A stretch of 59,634 nt of DNA, counting the filler, from Asterionella formosa (lineage: Eukaryota): assembly GCA_002256025.1 (NCBI GenBank). It is 11 parts of 11 records of this genome, joined end to end, with 100 filler letters (N's around TTAATTAATTAA, not from the genome) between each part and the next. Parts side by side here need not be neighbours in the genome. Positions count along the whole stretch, not along the records: positions 54,315 to 59,634 come from NKIB01013120.1; 10 more parts are not named here. One strand, given 5' to 3'. Of the stretch, positions 58,271 to 59,634 are shown in pieces. The position numbers and the translations under genes are program-made. The notes beneath the pieces were generated by a model that ran no database searches, had not been told where the DNA came from, and saw nothing but the letters and a program-made list of their open reading frames with translations. The number at the start of each line of letters is the position of its first letter. Position 1 is the first letter of the stretch.

Positions 58271-59527
58271 ATGAAGCTTTTGAGTATCCTGCCAGTGGCT
58301 GTGCTTCTGAAAGTTGCTCGTGGCTTTTCCCACTATCCAAGTGCTTCCTACAATGCCGAATCTCGCTCACAAAAGCGACACGGAAACCAGCATGGTCTTC
58401 TACGGTTTGATACGAATCTCTGTAGCACACCATTTTCTGAGGAATTCATCCGTGAAAAAGGGTCATTGCAACAGGAATATGCAGTCCCATCCCCACGGAT
58501 CATTCAGAAGGTGGAGAAGTTTGCCCGCTTGCCAGTTTGGCCAGCCTGGAATGGAGTGCTTATCTTTGTAATTCAAAGAATCTTTGGTGAGGTTGACGCT
58601 GCCAAAGTAGAAGAGACAATAGGTGGCCGCGTTTGTCCCAACTTTTATGCACCTGAAGCCACGTCGCCTTTCATTATGCTGGTACATCACTCGCATTCAT
58701 TCTTTGGCCTGGATCCATTGAGATATTTTCAAAGAACTTTCTTCCCTGAAGGTTTCCCAGCCCATCCTCATCGCGGTTTCGTGACTGTCACATACATATT
58801 GAAGGGGGGATTTTCTCATCGAGATTCGCTCGGTATCAAACAACTCTATGGGGCGGAGGAAAGACACGCTGGCAAACACACACAATGGTTGACCACAGGT
58901 GCTGGCATGTTGCACGAGGAGATGTTTGACATTCAAGGCCTTTGGAGCCGACAGGAATTGTATCAAATATGGCTCAATTTGCCAGCTAGTCAGAAGTTAT
59001 GTGCTCCAAACGTTGATTTGTTGGGAGCCGACGAATGTCCTGTGGTCGAGAAAGATGGATGCAAAACTATTGTTATCTCGGGAAAATTTGATGGAGAAAA
59101 GTCTGCTGCTCCAAATCTTTCTGAAGTGAGCATCCTTCATGTTAAAGTAGCGACTGGAGCGAATTGGAAACATTTGCTTCCGGCTTCCCATCAAACTGCT
59201 ATTCTCTATGTTCGACAAGGATCGATCCAAATTGGGTCTACCACCATCCTTCCACATTACACCGTTTATTTTGAAAAGCAAGGCAATGAACTATCCATTA
59301 CTTCTGATGTCGGTGCAGATTTCATGCTACTTTCTGGAGCTCCACTCAATGAACCAGTATCAGCTCAAGGCAGTATGGTTATGAACACACCAGGCGAAAT
59401 CAACCAGGCGTATGCGGACTACCAAATGCAAAAAATGGGTGTGCCGTGGGATCACAAGATTAGTGATGGTCAGTGGAACGAGCATATCCAAAACTTCAAA
59501 AGTATATATGGTGTTCGAGAGAAGTAA
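58271..59527 (+). CDS. Pirin-family bicupin protein, probably plastid-targeted (418 aa)
   Basis: GFPAHPHRGFVTVTY, HRDSLG, QWLTTGAGMLHEE, QIWLNLP, PLNEPV..GSMVMNT. Signal peptide MKLLSILPVAVLLKVARG followed by F (ASAFAP-like). Confidence 0.93.
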   Translation: MKLLSILPVAVLLKVARGFSHYPSASYNAESRSQKRHGNQHGLLRFDTNLCSTPFSEEFIREKGSLQQEYAVPSPRIIQKVEKFARLPVWPAWNGVLIFVIQRIFGEVDAAKVEETIGGRVCPNFYAPEATSPFIMLVHHSHSFFGLDPLRYFQRTFFPEGFPAHPHRGFVTVTYILKGGFSHRDSLGIKQLYGAEERHAGKHTQWLTTGAGMLHEEMFDIQGLWSRQELYQIWLNLPASQKLCAPNVDLLGADECPVVEKDGCKTIVISGKFDGEKSAAPNLSEVSILHVKVATGANWKHLLPASHQTAILYVRQGSIQIGSTTILPHYTVYFEKQGNELSITSDVGADFMLLSGAPLNEPVSAQGSMVMNTPGEINQAYADYQMQKMGVPWDHKISDGQWNEHIQNFKSIYGVREK

Positions 59528-59634
59528 ATGTCTGGCTTCCAGAAAATGCTGAATGCCAACTTTTCCTGCTGAAATAAATTACTGTAGTTATGTTTTGATT
59601 ACACTAGGTGTACCGGTATGTAGTCTCGTTACCA

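Noticed and set aside
1..59634. CRISPR arrays, rRNA, intact tRNA, prokaryotic operons or defence systems
   Set aside because: None seen. The tandem duplications lack unique spacers and the gene structure is eukaryotic.

Overview
Eukaryotic DNA, most consistent with a diatom: short GT-AG introns, CoDi-type copia remnants, diatom-style TM-LRR and HGD-kinase families, and a bipartite plastid-targeting presequence. The window is not one locus. It is 11 unrelated contigs/scaffolds sorted by decreasing length (5341, 5339, 5337, 5336, 5335, 5334, 5326, 5323, 5322, 5321, 5320 bp) joined by artificial N44-TTAATTAATTAA-N44 linkers, so synteny is meaningful only within each block. Apparently intact genes: a tesmin/TSO1/LIN54-like CXC protein with a C-terminal F-box-like motif, an OSCA/TMEM63 channel (5'-truncated), an alpha/beta hydrolase, a probably plastid-targeted pirin, an SH3-like single-TM protein, a 4-TM membrane protein and a GPI-anchor-like mucin with 12-aa repeats. 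Disrupted multicopy genes: RNI-type LRR, TM-LRR, ARM, a kinase with a Roco-like C-terminal module, and a CDK. Many decayed transposons are present (Ty3/gypsy, Ty1/copia, Mutator-like, Tc1/mariner-like, PIF/Harbinger, Plavaka next to Ulp1). Leads most worth following: (1) a strongly over-represented TACCGGTA / TACC(A/T)GGTA palindrome family; (2) a Ulp1-Plavaka-Harbinger composite bounded by inverted (AAC/AAT) arrays; (3) a shared C-terminal module swapped between different N-termini, plus internally conserved, surface-variable LRRs suggesting an immune-like repertoire; (4) a ~160-nt G-U-rich hairpin that looks like an unannotated structured RNA. All family calls come from motif recognition by eye; no database searches were run.
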